A stretch of 64,000 nucleotides of DNA, taken from Octopus bimaculoides. Its lineage: Eukaryota. Shown here in pieces: positions 1-14,879 of the stretch. The DNA is taken from the NCBI RefSeq assembly GCF_001194135.2, contig NC_068982.1, positions 145,409,767 to 145,473,766 on the forward strand. Reading direction: 5' to 3'. A program made the translations under genes and the position numbers. How positions within the stretch are numbered: the stretch's first letter is position 1; the number at the start of each line of letters is the position of its first letter. Below the pieces are notes generated by a model that was given only the letters and a program-made list of their open reading frames with translations, was not told where the DNA came from and searched no databases.

Positions 1-621
1 AGCCGAACCATTAGTCTGTCCTGCTGAAGGAAAATAACCAAGAAATCGCGATACACAGATATTGTTTGTGCTGTGTGGGGATGCTAAACTCACTTGTTCG
101 AAAATATAAGGACACAGATAATATGTCGTTTAGCCAATTGGAGACAATGTTTCCTGAGGCTAAACAACAGTAACATTCGTCCTAAATCAGGACTGCCATG
201 TTATGTGGGCAAATAATCTTTACTGTAGTGTACTGTTACTGAATGTCTCTCGTTGAGAGATTTACATATAGAAATCTTCTATTTTAATATATTACCTATT
301 TCGCTAAAACCCCTTTTTACCCTAACGCCATATCTACTCCCCCACTTACGAAGGTTTTGCAATGTATTGCATAATTAATATCATATTTTATTACTGCTAA
401 TTCTAGACTCTTAATCTTAATATTTTTAATGTTTTAATTCTTTAAATTTGTAAACATAATATATTATATATTTAACCCCAATTACTTTTACCTGCAGTCT
501 TCTTCATAAAGCTGTTATATAAGTATCGCTAGCTAAGTTTTAATTTTCAGACTATATGTCTTCTTTATTTAAGTATTTATCTATTGTTTCTATATATAGT
601 TTCTCTATACTCTCTTTATAT

Positions 622-661
<40 letters not shown>

Positions 662-671
662 NNNNNNNNNN

Positions 672-706
<35 letters not shown>

Positions 707-1041
707 TCTTCGATTCACCTACGCAATATTCGTTCAAAACTAATATAACTTATGAATTTCGTGACCACTTTTCTTAGTTTCTGATTTAACACTTTAGGGC
801 ACACCTACGCCAATTATATTTTCCCCGCTTTTTCATTTTTTACAAACAACATTACTCCTTCACCACACACATCACGACTACCCTACCCTCATTAACATTT
901 TTATTCATTGACAATTGTCAGGGTTATCAATTTAATCGTATTTTCCCTTTTGTCTACTTAATGTTGTCGCTAGTGAATGTTGTCTTGTCAAATTAATTTT
1001 CACCCATCAAATAAAAGTTGGTAGCAGTAAATATGCTGTAC

Positions 1042-1130
1042 TCTTCTTCTTCTTCTTCTTCTTCTTCTTCTTCTTCTTCTTCTTCTTCTTCTTCTTCTTC
1101 TTCTTCTTCTTCTTCTTCTTCTTCTTCTTT

Positions 1131-1159
<29 letters not shown>
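1042..1159. repeat. (TCT)n trinucleotide microsatellite, about 39 units
   Basis: Near-perfect TCT run read directly; it produces the poly-Ser ORF 1018..1263. Confidence 0.97.
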
Positions 1160-1161
<2 letters not shown>

Positions 1162-1650
1162 ATGATTTCTGTACTAATTACTCACCCACTAACCTCGCTT
1201 TTATTTATTTCGGTTCCTCCCGATATAAGCACAAAGCAATGTCTGGAATACACACAATGTTAAAGCACATCTTTGATTCAAGTCTGATGAAGTGGCACTC
1301 TAATGTCTAAGACCACAAATATTACGTAAATTTTCACTTCGAATTTTTGTGTAAAATAGCGTTGCAAGCAGAGATGGTACTGAAACAATTGTAACAAATC
1401 ATTAAAGATATGTTTAAATCTTTCCTTGTCTTCTTATTACTTGGATTATAATTTGGTCTACACCAAACCTACACAACGGTGTTACCGTCGTAAAACAAGG
1501 ATTTCCTACACTTGAATAATTTTGGCATTGGTCTTGAATCCGACAGTGTTGATAACCCAGAATTAGGGTTGACTGCTTCTCTGAAAATACCCTATCTTTA
1601 TACCCTACCAGGACCTAAGATTATATATGCACGAGTATACATATACAAGA

Positions 1651-2190
1651 TCTTTTCTGTTTGGCTGCATCTGTAGAAATTTCAAAGTTTAGTGAAAATG
1701 TTAAATCTTGGCCTATTGATGTAATTTTGCACAATGAATCTCAGGGTTAATTCACTTTTTCCAGAAATTAAAAACAAAAAAAAGTTACAGAGGTTTAAAG
1801 TTTGATAATTTCTACCCAATCAGAAAACAAGCTCTGGAAGCTGTGATTTTAGGCGTGACAGCACATGTGGTCAACCATAAACAACTGAAATATTGACGGA
1901 ATTCTGCTTTTCATATTTTTTTTATATTTTGGAATTTAGAGAAAAGTCTTCCGAATTTGTATTCTACACACAAAACTTCATACGATTATGTAAAAACCAC
2001 CTCACAAAAAAGAAAAAGATTTTGGAGCATGATATATCTCACGACCATCATTTAATAAACTAAAAATGACCGCGTGAGTAAGCAGCTTGATGACAACTTG
2101 GCTCGTTACAACGGAAACAAGCACTATATGTCTGTGGCTTTCGATTGGCTAAAATTACCCAAAATTTACAAACTTTAAAAAGCTATTAAC
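1651..2190. mobile_element. Degenerate MITE-like remnant with three related inverted arms
   Basis: TTTTCTGTTTGG..GTAGAAATTTCAAAGTTT (1651-1691) is an imperfect reverse complement of AAAGTTTGATAATTTCTACCCAATCAGAAAA (1797-1831); a third arm (GATTGGCT..CAAACTTTAAA) lies near 2140-2190. Confidence 0.35.
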
Positions 2191-2384
2191 TCTTTATTTA
2201 TTAATTTATCCGAAAATGAATTTCATGACAATGATTACTTTACAAAACTACATCAATACGCTAAATATGAAATTAATTGGAACAAAAATTGAAACAATTG
2301 AAAAGTGGCAGCTAAACAGAAATGATCCTCCATACACGGACACATACATATCTATGAGACAGGATTCTACACCAATTCTTTGAA

Positions 2385-2475
2385 TCAAATTCACTCACAA
2401 GGTATTGTTCGGCCTGGAATATCGTAATAAACACTTTCCCAAGTTATCGCACAAGGGGCCTGAACCTGAAACTAT
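2385..2475 (-). mobile_element. Highly decayed SINE family A fragment (5' half)
   Basis: AAATTCACTCACAAGGTATTGTTCGGCCTGGAATATCGTAATAAACACTTTCCCAAG..CCTGAACCTGAAAC aligns with AAATCCACTCACAAGGCTTTGGTCGGCCCGAGGCTATAG..ACTGAACCCGGAAC of the better copies. Confidence 0.6.
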
Positions 2476-2539
2476 TCTTAACTATGCTTCTGTTTATGTA
2501 TGTTCTGTCTGTTAATATTTTCCTATATAAACTTGTATT

Positions 2540-3050
2540 TTTGAGTGCATTGCTTCTTGTTTTAAATGCATAGTGTTTGCCAGTAAGATGTCGTATTTGT
2601 ATGGCAAATATAGCAGGTGTTCACGTCTAGTTTACAATAGCCATGTTTGCAATTAAATTTATGAAACATTTTGGTCATTAGTAGGTTGATTGATTACTTG
2701 GCTGCTTTCGTTGCGAATGACAATGCTTTGAATATTTGAGAAATTTGTAGTATATTATTAGTGGTGGTGTATCTGATACTGTTATGCATTATACATCCTA
2801 TCTTAGTTTTGTTTCTTTGCTAACGTCATGAATAAGTCTGTATTTCGTTTGCATTAGATTCATGTAATATAGATTAGCTATTGTTTGTGTATTTTTAAAA
2901 TGTACTTGGTGTATAGTGTATTTATTTTGATGTATTTGTTTTTACACTGTCTGATGGTTTCCGTACATGTGTTAGTATATTCGTTGTAAAATAGTGTCTG
3001 TTTATTCTGAGTATTTCCTGATCCAGCGGATCGTTCTGTGGTGGAGAACC
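2540..3050 (-). mobile_element. Possible highly decayed Penelope-like element fragment
   Basis: GT-rich strand skew; minus-strand translation CKHGYCKLDVNTCYICHTNTTSYWQTLCI resembles the Cys-rich linker before the PLE GIY-YIG endonuclease. Weak. Confidence 0.3.
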
Positions 3051-4611
3051 CAAAAGTCCTTTAAATAGATATTTCATCGTGGCACTTTGTATCTGTGTGG
3101 AGATTCTTTTTCACCATGTAATTATATGCATTTACACACACACACACACACGAACACACACACACATACACTCACACACGCACAGTCCACACCACACTCG
3201 TACACACACCCTTATACACACACTAATAAATACTCACACATGTACACACACATGTACACACACATATATAATATATATGTATATATACACATATATTCTT
3301 ATACATACATTTCATATAGTTATGTGCGCGTGTGTGTGTGTCTGTGCGCGTATCTTTGTGTGTATAAATACACGCAGTGTGCGTGAATGATTTACATTCA
3401 ACATTTTGCCTTGCTTTATTTGACCTATAATCATAGACATTTCTAAAGTGTCCCCTCAGACTTCATCTTACAACGCGTAGCAAGGACAACACAATTCATG
3501 TTTTATACTTGATTCAACAATAAATATGAGATAGTTGTGACTGTTGTTTCTATCCGGTCGAGTCCACATTTATCTTATGTCATATGCTTGTGTGTGTGTG
3601 TCCGTGTGGTTTGGTAATTTATTCCTATTTTGCAAAATAATATCTACCTTCTTATTACGTAACTTTGTGTTCAGTTTATGCGGGAAGGGAAGGTTAAGTT
3701 CGTAGAATAATTTTCTGAACAGCGATGTTTATTTTGGGAGGTGTTTGGTTAAACTTGACTGCAGTGCAAATACGATAGAGAATGTTATCATATCGTTTAC
3801 AATACTTGCTCAGACTCATATTTTTTCCAGCATAATTTTCTTTTAATCAGCGATAATTGCACGCACGAAATATAGTGATAACCGCGTTAGATGGCAAACA
3901 ATGATGGCAATAGCAGACAACAAACGAAAAACGACAACTACGAATGTGACAACAAAGACAAGAAAACACTAATGACAAAAGCAACTACAAAATTAATAGA
4001 TGTTACTAGATTAACTAAAAGAATGCATTGAGAATGAGTAAAGTGGTGAAGAAACAAAAACGTCTAATATACAAAAACGTAAAAATACTAGCAATATTAA
4101 ATAAATAACGCAAAGTGTGAAAGATTTTAAAAAATTATATCAGATAATGAACTAACTAGAACAAAACAGCAATTAAGTGTATGATAAAACCGGCGTCATC
4201 GTCGTTATCTTCAGCATCGTCATCATCATCTTCATCACGACAGCAATAAAAACGACTACAAATGTGATGGTTTTACGAAGAAAATAATAACAGTAACAGA
4301 AAAGGCAACAACGATTTGATGTCGTTTTAAACAATAGCAAAAGCGATCGCTGCGAAACCGGTTGCAATAACTACATAATTAAGTTAACACCGGATCATGA
4401 AGGACCTTCAACGTAAACGTCCTAATTACAAGAAGTAGCGACTGCTTTCCTCAATTCTCACCTTACAGTCTTAGATAAACGAAGAACATTTTCGATAATA
4501 ATGGAAGATATTTGATCAAAGTATGTTCGATCAAGACTGACGCGGTATTATAATTAAAATCAAACAATTGTCTCAAGAAGCGAAATATTGTTTGCACCAA
4601 TTGATTCAGTA

Positions 4612-4656
<45 letters not shown>

Positions 4657-6439
4657 NNNNNNNNNNACACACACACACAGATACACACACGTGCACACAC
4701 TCACACACACACACACACACACACGCTTGCTCGGACGCGCGCACACACACATACAAAAGCTAACTAGATAACACCTAATAAAATAAACTATCTTTTCAAA
4801 CTACGAGCAAAGGAGGCTCCTTGCTATTCTATTAATCTTATTAAGGAAGTAGAACGTTGCAGCACTAATTAGGATTAACGTATCTGATCGTGTTGCTTTC
4901 GAAATATTTTATCAGGAGTGAGTGTAAAGGAGTTAGGGAGGTCTTTCAGGAATTTAGGTAAGTTCATTCGGAGATCATTTGTCATGCTAGACTATCTTTG
5001 AGATATCGTTCCACAAGGGAAAGACCCTAGTTGCTATGCTATCTTATCTATTACTGTAAAGCGAATGCAAGTATAGTGAAATATTTATTCCAATTGTTTA
5101 AATTCTAAGACTAAATAACCGTCCTCATTACATATTCAATATATTCTTTCCGGATGGGACTATTTGAATATAGCAGTGTTCGTGGAAAAGCGAAATAACA
5201 TTCATACGCTGAAATTGTGGACCTCAAGAAAAATTATCACATATTATTAATTAAATAAAACAGAATGCCGAAAATATTACGGAAACTGGCACCCCTATCA
5301 GACGAGCTTGTTTGTATTTAGTTATACAGTTCTCCATAAGTATTGACAGGAATATTGTAATTTCAGAACTAAAACATGAAATTCATCCCTTTCTGATGAA
5401 GGAATTCTTAACATCTTTGATGGTAGCTACCAACGTGGACCGTATGATATTTGCTAACACTGGTTTTAACAAACTATTATCTATATAACTATTTATAGTG
5501 TTGATATTTTACTAGCAACATCGATTATGCAGACATATGTTTAAAAATATCCTTGCTGCGTCCATTCCGTCATTTCAGTTAACTGGATAATAATTTCATC
5601 CAATGAAAGGTCTCTTAATTCAAAATTGCACAGTGTGATTTTAGGGAAATTTAGCCGCAATTTCTAAGTGATCGCGTGACATGGCAGAAGCGGCAACAAT
5701 ATATTTCAGACAACATCCTATCTTAAATAAGAAGGAGGTATTGGATGTTTTGTTAAGAAAGAGTTACAGAGCCACAGTTAGAAAACTTCGGATCATCTGT
5801 CTGCTCCATCAGATTTTACCGTAAGGTAAATAACAGCAATGACACTGACTGCAATTCAAGAGAATATTACTAACTTAGAATTTCGCATGCGTGGACAAAA
5901 AAGTATAAATATAAAAAAAGTGCTTTGCCTTGAGGAGGAATTAGTGTTACAATGACTGCCATAATTATTGCATAAAGAGTGATGTCTTTTTTTTCCATTA
6001 TACTCTCACTGCTTTCGATTTGTCTATATTGTACAATTAGAAAAGTCAGTTTCCAACGAATGGTGCTGTACGAAACGTTATGTTATTGCTCTTTCTCGAG
6101 GCAAACTAAGTTTCAAGTTAAGGATATTTCTTGAAATGTTATATTGTTCGTTTTCTTTGTGTTAAATATATTTCACTTTGAAATGTTTATATTCACTAAA
6201 TCCTGATATAGATCATAACTAATTTACATGGACTTATCTATTTGCTGTATTAGAATGCATTACCTGTATATATGTGTGTATTTGAGTGCGCAACATGGGA
6301 ATGCTTGTGTGTACGAGTCACTTAAATAACCAAATAGCCCCCACACATAATATATGTAATCTATTTCAATATAAAGTTTTCGTCGTGTAGTCCTAGGTAA
6401 CGCCTCGAACTGTGATATGATATGGAGTCATTTGATTGA

Positions 6440-8130
6440 ACTACAAGGTACGACCCACACATCTTTTTGTCAACATCAGGTCCGTAAGATTACGCAGCGC
6501 TCGTCGACATGCAGAGATGAATTGTATGATGTAAAGTCTTAATCTGAAGATGAAGAACTATTCCCACTCTCTGGTGTATTTCTGTTGCCTGTAAATTATG
6601 GTGGTGACTGCAGCGAAGGTAGGTTAGAAGTATTCTGCTAGAGCACTGCATTTGGGGTTCATCTGCGTTTGCCTTTAACACTACAACTCATCATAGCTGT
6701 GGGCGTGTGTGAAATTTGTAGTAATTTAAATGTGATAAGAAAGGAGGTTTTGGATTAGATAGATAATATTTAAGGCTGTTGTTGAAGAGAACATTTGAGA
6801 TGATTTTTCGTAATATTTGAGTGGTGTTGTAGCAGTGTCTTAAGGACGATGAGATGGGGTGTGTGTCGTATAATCTTCGAATGTGGGGTATCTGTTTCGT
6901 TTGTGTAAGAATGGCAATGTCATGTAGTTTTATTTGAAAAATAGATGGCGGAACTCGCGGACTTGTTCCAGAAAATGCTGATCGTAATATTGTTCATATA
7001 CGATTTATTGGTTGAGCGACTTGACAAATTAAATGATAGATCATTTGTTTTATTTATTTAGACAGGACTTAGTATTTTTTTGCATGATTAGATAGTAGGA
7101 AATAGAGTCAGAACGTATACCTGTTGTGCGTTGTAGGTTTATGTTACTTAAAACATCATGTAACTTCCTGTGGTAGATTTACGAGTAGTGAGGTCGTTGA
7201 CTATGATGAGCTGAATGTATAACTGTGATTTGGGGAATATTTGGGGATTAAGGACGTCCAGGATTAAACATTGTAGAAATTTAGGGGGATTACACAGAAG
7301 TGAGTGGTATATTTTCAGTTATTTCAGTGAATGTTGGTGCGTGCAGTGATTACATCCAGCCAAGCGTGCTTTCAAGTATTTCTTTGTGATTTTGTCCAAT
7401 TCTGAGCTATTTTTCAGTTAAGTTCCCCTATCGATTTTGGGTGATGGAAGAAAAAAAAGTAGTCTTCTATTTGCGCTTTTGTTTCTCTCTTAGTGTGATT
7501 TACGCTGGATGATTTCTAAGAAATGTCTTAGAAGAACAGTACTATTTGAGGTCCTTTTTGTGAAATATAGTGTAGTATGATTATTGTTGTTGCTGACTCC
7601 ACCAATTCCCTTATGTTATGTTTGTACTTTTTATTAGATAGACACTTTCACCAATTTTTTGTCACTGTAGTTTACTTTCATTTAGTATATTTTTATTTAC
7701 TCATTTAATAATTAAACCTTATTTGTGCTGTATGAGATTCGGATGTATTGGCTGTCTCTGTTGTGTATAGCCTTGGCTAATACTAATCCAAATCTGGGTT
7801 TTCTACTTTAACTAACGGGATACGGCTTTTTGGATGTGACTATAATTATGCTATTCTATGTTTATACTGCAGTATCTGGAGTAATTATGATGCTGGTGAA
7901 TTATGAAAGGACTGAGTCTGATGCAATACATGCCACGCTGCAATGTTGAATTTAGAATAAGTTATTTTGCGTTCTTCATTGATAATTGTTACGAGATCTG
8001 AAGAGGTTGTGGAATTTGTCGTCAACCAGTTTGTAGACTTCTTGTATGTAACACTGCAGATGTCTCACGAAGAATTGTTATTGTTGACTTGGTGTCTTGT
8101 GTTGGTGAGTAGCGTTAAGGATGAAAGCCT
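6440..8130 (-). mobile_element. Decayed Penelope-like retroelement (RT thumb to GIY-YIG region)
   Basis: Minus-strand fragments KPTTHNRYTF*LYFLLSNHAKNTK (cf. PLE KPTD...YLHF.S.HP.HTK) and SALAEYF...TIIYRQQKYTREWE*FFIFRL (cf. GIY-YIG C-terminus SALAEH...); many stops and frameshifts; strong GT/AC skew. Confidence 0.5.
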
Positions 8131-8292
8131 AGTTTAGTTGCAGTAATATCATAATTCGGCTTTTGTTATATGATATATGTAATAGTTGATAAGTAGGTGT
8201 GATTGCATTGGATCTCACACGCTATCAATATCTATGAGTTAAGGTAATGTGTGGGAAAAATTAATTTTTTGCGAATCTTGGATGTGAGACTG

Positions 8293-8294
<2 letters not shown>

Positions 8295-8333
<39 letters not shown>

Positions 8334-8334
8334 G

Positions 8335-8423
<89 letters not shown>
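8295..8423. repeat. Compound (TCAA)n(TCTA)n tetranucleotide microsatellite
   Basis: Direct reading. Confidence 0.95.
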
Positions 8424-8934
8424 GTGAGTGTATATGCGTATGAGAGTGTGTGTGAGTGTTAATGTACTTTTATATATGAATGTGTTTTGTGTTACCGGGT
8501 TTTTAAAAATTTACATTTTCAGTCGAGGTTTGTTTCCTATTGCATTACGAATGTTTTATAAAACCGCTAATGTTTTGTGAATACGTGTCTTGTCTGAATG
8601 TCGCATGTTATAACTCAATTCTGCCAATTCCATAAAAAATATTTCCAATGTTAATAATATTTAGTCGTGCGTTTACGAAGTTTATTCTCGTTTATATAAT
8701 GTTTTAAGTGTGTTAGCCACGAGGTTTCTAGATAGTCAACCTCTTGGCAAAAAACCTTAGTGAAATTTTTTTCAAACACTAATCACATAAGAATTCCCAA
8801 ATAATGGTCAATATTGTGTTACATGCATTTGCATACATATATAATCATAAAATCGTTGTACAAATAGCATTCAGTCAGAGATATTTACAAACATATACTT
8901 AGAATATATGCATATATATGGTTCTGAATTTATG

Positions 8935-8948
8935 TATGTATGTGTGTG

Positions 8949-8993
<45 letters not shown>

Positions 8994-9022
8994 CATACAT
9001 ACATACATACATACATACATAC

Positions 9023-9100
<78 letters not shown>

Positions 9101-9120
9101 GTATGTATATATATGTACAC
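8935..9120. repeat. Compound (CA)n/(TACA)n/(TA)n/(GT)n microsatellite
   Basis: Direct reading; source of three overlapping artefactual ORFs. Confidence 0.95.
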
Positions 9121-10599
9121 GAAAATATACATCAATGTAGGTATATGCAAGTGGAATTACATTTGCGTGTATCCCTGTTCCGATTTTGTCCTAATATAAA
9201 GGCGTAAATCAATATTCAATAACAGCAACAGAAACAACAACAACAATATTAATAATATTAATGATAATGTTCCATATTCTATATCTTTGTCTCATTCACT
9301 TGCTAAATTCTATATCACGCTAATATCTTATATTTCAAAAATAAATATAAACTTAGAAAAAGATGCTTCTATTTTCTCCTCACTAAACGTACCGTAAGTA
9401 TACCCGCTCGCAGGCGTTCAGTGAAACTGAGTGATTGGTTTCGATCGATAATCAATTCTCATTTCTCTTTCTATAGTAGAATATTTTTGTAAAATTTTCT
9501 TTTATTAGTTATATAGTGTTTCCTAGTTTTGTTTGCATTTTATTAATCAGCTGCGGCAATAGTAGCAGCTGAGGCTGTTTAAAGTTTTCTATTATACTTC
9601 CATAGTTGATGTTTTATATTTTCAATCTTAGTCTGTGTGTTATGTACATAATGGACAGTTTTATGTTACATGTATGATAGAAACTGACTTCGCAACTACA
9701 AAAATCTTTTAAGTGGATTAATGCTTCAGTCTGTAAAATCCTTGCCTTTAGAATGAATATTACTATTTTCTGTATGTGCATAAGCACGTGAGTATGTACG
9801 TAGTGTATGTATATGCATGTGTTTGTGCACACATTTCTATAAATACCCTGGTATATAGGCAAGTAGCATAATTTGCACATTCATATACAGAAGTACATAC
9901 GTATATAGACATAAACATATGTGTGCATGAATATATGTATGTCCATTTGCAAGTGTGTGTATATGTATATGCACATATACATACATTTTGCATATATCTG
10001 CAGATCCATGTAACGATCCATGTAGCCATTTATGCATCCATCCGTCTGTATGTCTGTCTATCTATCAGTTCTTCTTCTCCTGTCTCTGTCTGTCTCTCTC
10101 TGTGTCTCTCTCTCAGTGATAGATAGTGGTGATAATGATATACGTACGCTACTACAAAATATCAAAGTAGTCATCCATAGTGGGAGACATGTAATTTTCT
10201 TGAGTTTAAAGGGATTTTGATATCTCAGTGCGTATCCTGAATTTGCTCGTTAAGTAGATTAAGTAAAAATATTTTGCAACACTACTGTAAACACAACTAA
10301 AATATTACGTGGTAAATCTTGCCGAAGCTAATACTTGCAATGCATTCATATTTTGAATAATATATATCTGTCACATTTTGCAAAAGAGTATTACTTAGAA
10401 AGTGTTGGGTCCATTTCTATCAGATCATGTTACATATTGAATAGAGGATAATGGGGATTTGTTTAAGGAAGGTGCAGGAACTTAAATATGATTTATATTG
10501 AGAGGTGGTTTTCAGGAACAGCCTTGGGAGTGAGAGCAATAATGAATGTTTAAGAAGTTTGCAGCGATATAAATAAAATATTGGATATATAAATATACT

Positions 10600-10636
<37 letters not shown>

Positions 10637-11271
10637 GTAAACAGACAGGAAATGAGCTGTGATTGCCATGGGAAGGTACAGATGAATTAGCAAAAGATGA
10701 TATGAAGGTCTAGGTAATCCATAGATGAAACTACTAAGAGATATATTACTTTTCCAGAAATTCCGAAACTTTCATAACTAATAAGAAAAGGAAGAAAACC
10801 TGAATATGAAACAGATTAAAGTATATGAATTTTATATGGCATTTATTTAGAGTTATGTTCTGACAGTTTGCGTGGATAAAGCTTCTCATAAAATATAGAC
10901 ACATTTACTCAATCTAGAGAGAATATATTCCTACTTACTGCTAACTGTGCTGTTGCATGAAGGTTTCTAGGAGTTATGGAAGGGAATCTCTTCATATTAA
11001 GCTATACTTGATACGTTAGTGTAGGTTGAAGCTGATTGTTATAATGACATAAATAACAGAAAGTTTGGCTGCATAATTGAATTTCAAACAAAATGCAATA
11101 AGAAAAATATAAACCCCAGCTAGGGGTTTATTGACCACTTTAATGCTACTACCAATATGCCTAAAAGTCTTTAAGCAATAATTTAGAATATGTTTATACC
11201 TATGAATATAAACATTGTAAAATATATTTTTACAGTACAAGTAGGACTGATGAATTCTAACGTCTGAATAT

Positions 11272-11569
11272 ATTTTTATTTATTGTGTCGGGAAGAAGGG
11301 ACGTTGCACCTTTACCGTTGAAGGTCTTTAGAGACAAGTGGCCTTGATATCATTAATGTTCCGTTTAGTCTCTTGTAGGCCAACACCTGCCGGATCGAAA
11401 TGAGAAGAGAAAAGGTTTCAGAGGGCCGATATTCACTTCTTTCGAGAAAGAACTGAACATCATGGTTTGTGTGGCACCGAGCGGTTTGCACGAGAGGTGA
11501 AAAAAATGAGTGGTGGCGGTACGGGAACAGTATGCTCCGAAGAACAGACACTATTACAATAGCAAACGA

Positions 11570-11629
<60 letters not shown>

Positions 11630-12451
11630 AGAATTATGAGAGAGATGAGAGAGATGAGAGAGATGAGAGGGATGAGACAGTATATCTGTAGGACAGACGA
11701 TAAACCGTGTCGGATAGTGATGGAGTGCTAATCAGCCAAATGACCCGTCTTGTTGCAATCCAGGTTGTCTGTGCAGGGAGTAGCAGCATCGTTCTAGATG
11801 TGGGTGTCTAATTCCAATACAGGCTTCACTCGCGCCTTGTAGAAAGTCAGCGGAGGTTGGGGACTGAAATATTTTCTAGTTCGGAAGAGGACGACCAGTC
11901 TTTTGGATATTATCCTAGTTTTGATAAAGAATGAGTTTTCACCAAAAATGGTTTTCATTGATACCCAGGTTCAGTATTGAGTGAATGTGAGGCCTCTAGT
12001 TGCATGCCATCATCCATCTTCAGTGGATTTCGGTGCGGTTCAGTGACTTCGTTGTTCATAATGCTTGAGTATTTTTTGCTGTCAGAATAATCAATGCTGG
12101 AAGAAAGTTATTCTCAAGATCCCCGTTTTTGTAATCGATGCATATTTAGTATATGGTATTTAGAGTCAGTTCCGATGACGTATGGTGAGAAAAAAATCAG
12201 AGAAAAAGGAAAGGTTGTGTCATTTGCATAAAAGTGGACGTTGTTGGATATGGTAGAATCTAAGTCATTGATACATAGAAGTAATATAGTAGTGGCAGGA
12301 CAATACCGAATCCTGGCAATGACTAGAGCTGGAAAGGACTCCATCAATACATATCCGCTTTAATCGGAGACTACAATGGAAGAATTTGCTGATGTCGAAG
12401 GCAACAAAATTTCTTTCCCGGAACTTGTCTAAAGTGAAATCCTACTAGTAT

Positions 12452-12511
<60 letters not shown>

Positions 12512-12990
12512 CACACACACACACACAAGATTAGATCTCCAGTAGATCTGGTTCTGCGGAAGCCGTAGTGGATGTCCGTGAGGAGAGAGAGGCTCAAAGT
12601 GTTGGATAGGTTCAGAGTTAATGGCTGCCTTCGTTATCTTAGAGATGTTCGAGGTGAGAACAAGAAGACAATATTTGGCTGGATCTGAGAGATTTCTTTC
12701 CTTAGAATGGAAAACACTAAATGTCGCCAAATATCAAAGTATACGACCAAAGATTAAGAAATTGAAGAATTTGGTGAATATAACAGCAACTTCTGGAATT
12801 CAACATTTGAGTTTAATAGAAATATTATTTTCAGGGCCTGTAGCTTTACCTGTTTGAAGGAATTGGAAGTATTTCATTACATTGCCTTTGTGTATGTGGG
12901 ATGAGGAAAGTGGAGAGTGGTTGGGTTAAATGGATAGATTTGGCAGGAGTTTTACCGAAGGATGTGTAGTGTGGCTGTTGTTCCAAGAAA
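11272..12990 (-). mobile_element. 5'-truncated CR1/L2/Jockey-group LINE, decayed RT and 3' end
   Basis: Minus strand: KATGPENN (cf. KAxGPDGI); KERNLSDPAKYCLLVLTSNISKI (cf. KGDRSNPSNYRPIALTSxLSKV); LLLCINDLDSTISNNVHFYANDTT (cf. FLLFINDL...YADD); FYKARVKPVLE (cf. YKxLIRPxMEY); VQTARCHTNH; ends in AATAAATAAAAA at about 11272-11285. Interrupted by microsatellites at 11574-11680 and 12454-12527. Confidence 0.9.
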
Positions 12991-13428
12991 AAAAAATGGA
13001 ACGAAAGGAGTAACAAGTCTTCTAATAAGGACCAAAATTGAACTATATGTCAAACGTTTCTGCATTGTATTGATTCACGAATTAACTTGTTTTAATTACA
13101 TTTGTCGATACACATCCTCGGACAATAGCTGTTTTCCATGACTTAGTTCATGACAAATTCTTTGATTCAAACGAAAAAATTATGGATTATCAGCATATTT
13201 TACAAAATACTTTTTATCACACTCGACATCAGGAAATTAAATATATGCATGTGTGCACGTGAGTGTGATGACACGTGTGTATATCTGTATGTGCATTGGA
13301 AAAAAACTTTTGCAAAACTACCTGGTATAAAATCGGAGCTGAGAATGGAAATTTCTCACTGGAAAGAGACATACAGCAAAGCATAAATTTAGCAGAACTT
13401 TTTGTTCAATTGATTTTCCAGCTACTTT

Positions 13429-13724
13429 TTTTCCTATTAAGCTATTGAGAGATATTATCATCCCACGTATCCCATTATTGAAAGTGAGATATTTTCTGAT
13501 TTTGTACATATTTAAAACATTTTGTTCTACATTAATTAAAGGTTCATTGAAACAGCCTATGCATTCACCTACAAAAGCTTTCATCCATAAGAAATTTCCG
13601 CTCATATCTACAAAATGTTTCCTAATTTTAACCATTTCCATGTAATCTTTGCACAGTTAGCTTTGATCAATCTATTCTCATAGATTTTGATAAAGGTCGT
13701 TATTTCAATGGCTCTTCATTTTAC
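13429..13724. repeat. Unclassified ~295-bp dispersed repeat, copy 1
   Basis: Aligns end to end with 20306-20603 (TATTAAGCTATTGAGAGA...GATAAAGGTCGTTATTTCAATGGC..TTCATTTTAC), roughly 85-90% identical by eye. Confidence 0.9.
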
Positions 13725-14879
13725 CAATTCGAAACTGAATGTTTCGAGACTTGAATAAATCATTTTAGATAACATTATGTCGTCTAGACTTATAAAACGA
13801 GATATAGTTATATATTCTAACAATTGTATACTTGAGTATATCAGCCACTATATTTTATGACTTGAAGTCAACTTACAAACTTTCTAAAATCAGGATTGCT
13901 TTGAATATGTTACGTGTCTCCTCATAGAAAAGGTAATATATATGGAATTAGTTCCAATACTTGCGTTATTTTTCCACTTCGATGATTTTACAATATATAT
14001 GGATTAATTCCCCATTAGAAGTAAACCGTTGGCACTGTAGGGAAACATATCAGTATATCAGACCTTAAGTTGCTATGAGAACTAGAAGCATTTATCACAA
14101 GTGAAACCATGTCCATAATCATAAAATGTGAAAGACAAGTCAGTAGAGAAAATCAATGTGTATAATTTTTATTAGCAAAATAGAGACATTTTCTTTCCCT
14201 CAAATAAATGTTATACAAATCAAAATACATTATTTTGAAAAGTAAGAGAAATGTTTGTACAATATAGTTGATTCAAAAGATATCCTAAAATTTATGAAAC
14301 ACCTAGTTGTAGAATGTGTTCATTGTAATGGAATCTCGTATTGTTTTTGAAAACAACGTTATATAGTTAAGTTAATGTTAGCATATTTAATGCAGGAAGC
14401 ATTTAAAAGAATTCATCTTTATATTCAAATATTTGTTAAAGATTTATGACTCTTTCCTCAATGAGGATTATTATTTAATCTTTGATTATATTATATGCTC
14501 ATATAAAACAATATTAAATAACTAATATAAAAGATAATTGCTAATTTAGTGCTTAAATTACTGTTTATGGCTACTGCTGGGGGAAAAGGCCCTCTTAAAT
14601 TATTCAGGCTGTACGGAAAGTGTGGAATTAGTTTACAATTGAAATTTAAGTCCAAAATTTACGAACCGGCTTAAAACCAATCTCGTCACACTAAAACAAC
14701 AAATTCATTATATAGAGGTATAAAATGTTAATTACTTTGGAATGAACATGGAACAAGCATTTGATTAGAGTTATATTAGAGTTATTACTGATGTCATCAA
14801 TTGAACAGTAAAAGAGAAAGTAATGGCTAATGAAAGAATTAGCTGACTACCAAATTTCAATACTGTTTTGCGCGGTTCT

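Noticed and set aside
1018-1263. 81-aa poly-serine ORF
   Set aside because: Purely the (TCT)n microsatellite; no ATG start or splice support.
3880-4370. A-rich AAC/AAT stretch with a short minus-strand ORF
   Set aside because: Degenerate trinucleotide low-complexity sequence with no coding signal.
6440-6490. CCTGATG at the 3' end of the decayed PLE (possible ribozyme)
   Set aside because: The core is CUGAUGU, with no recognisable stem II or GAAAC.
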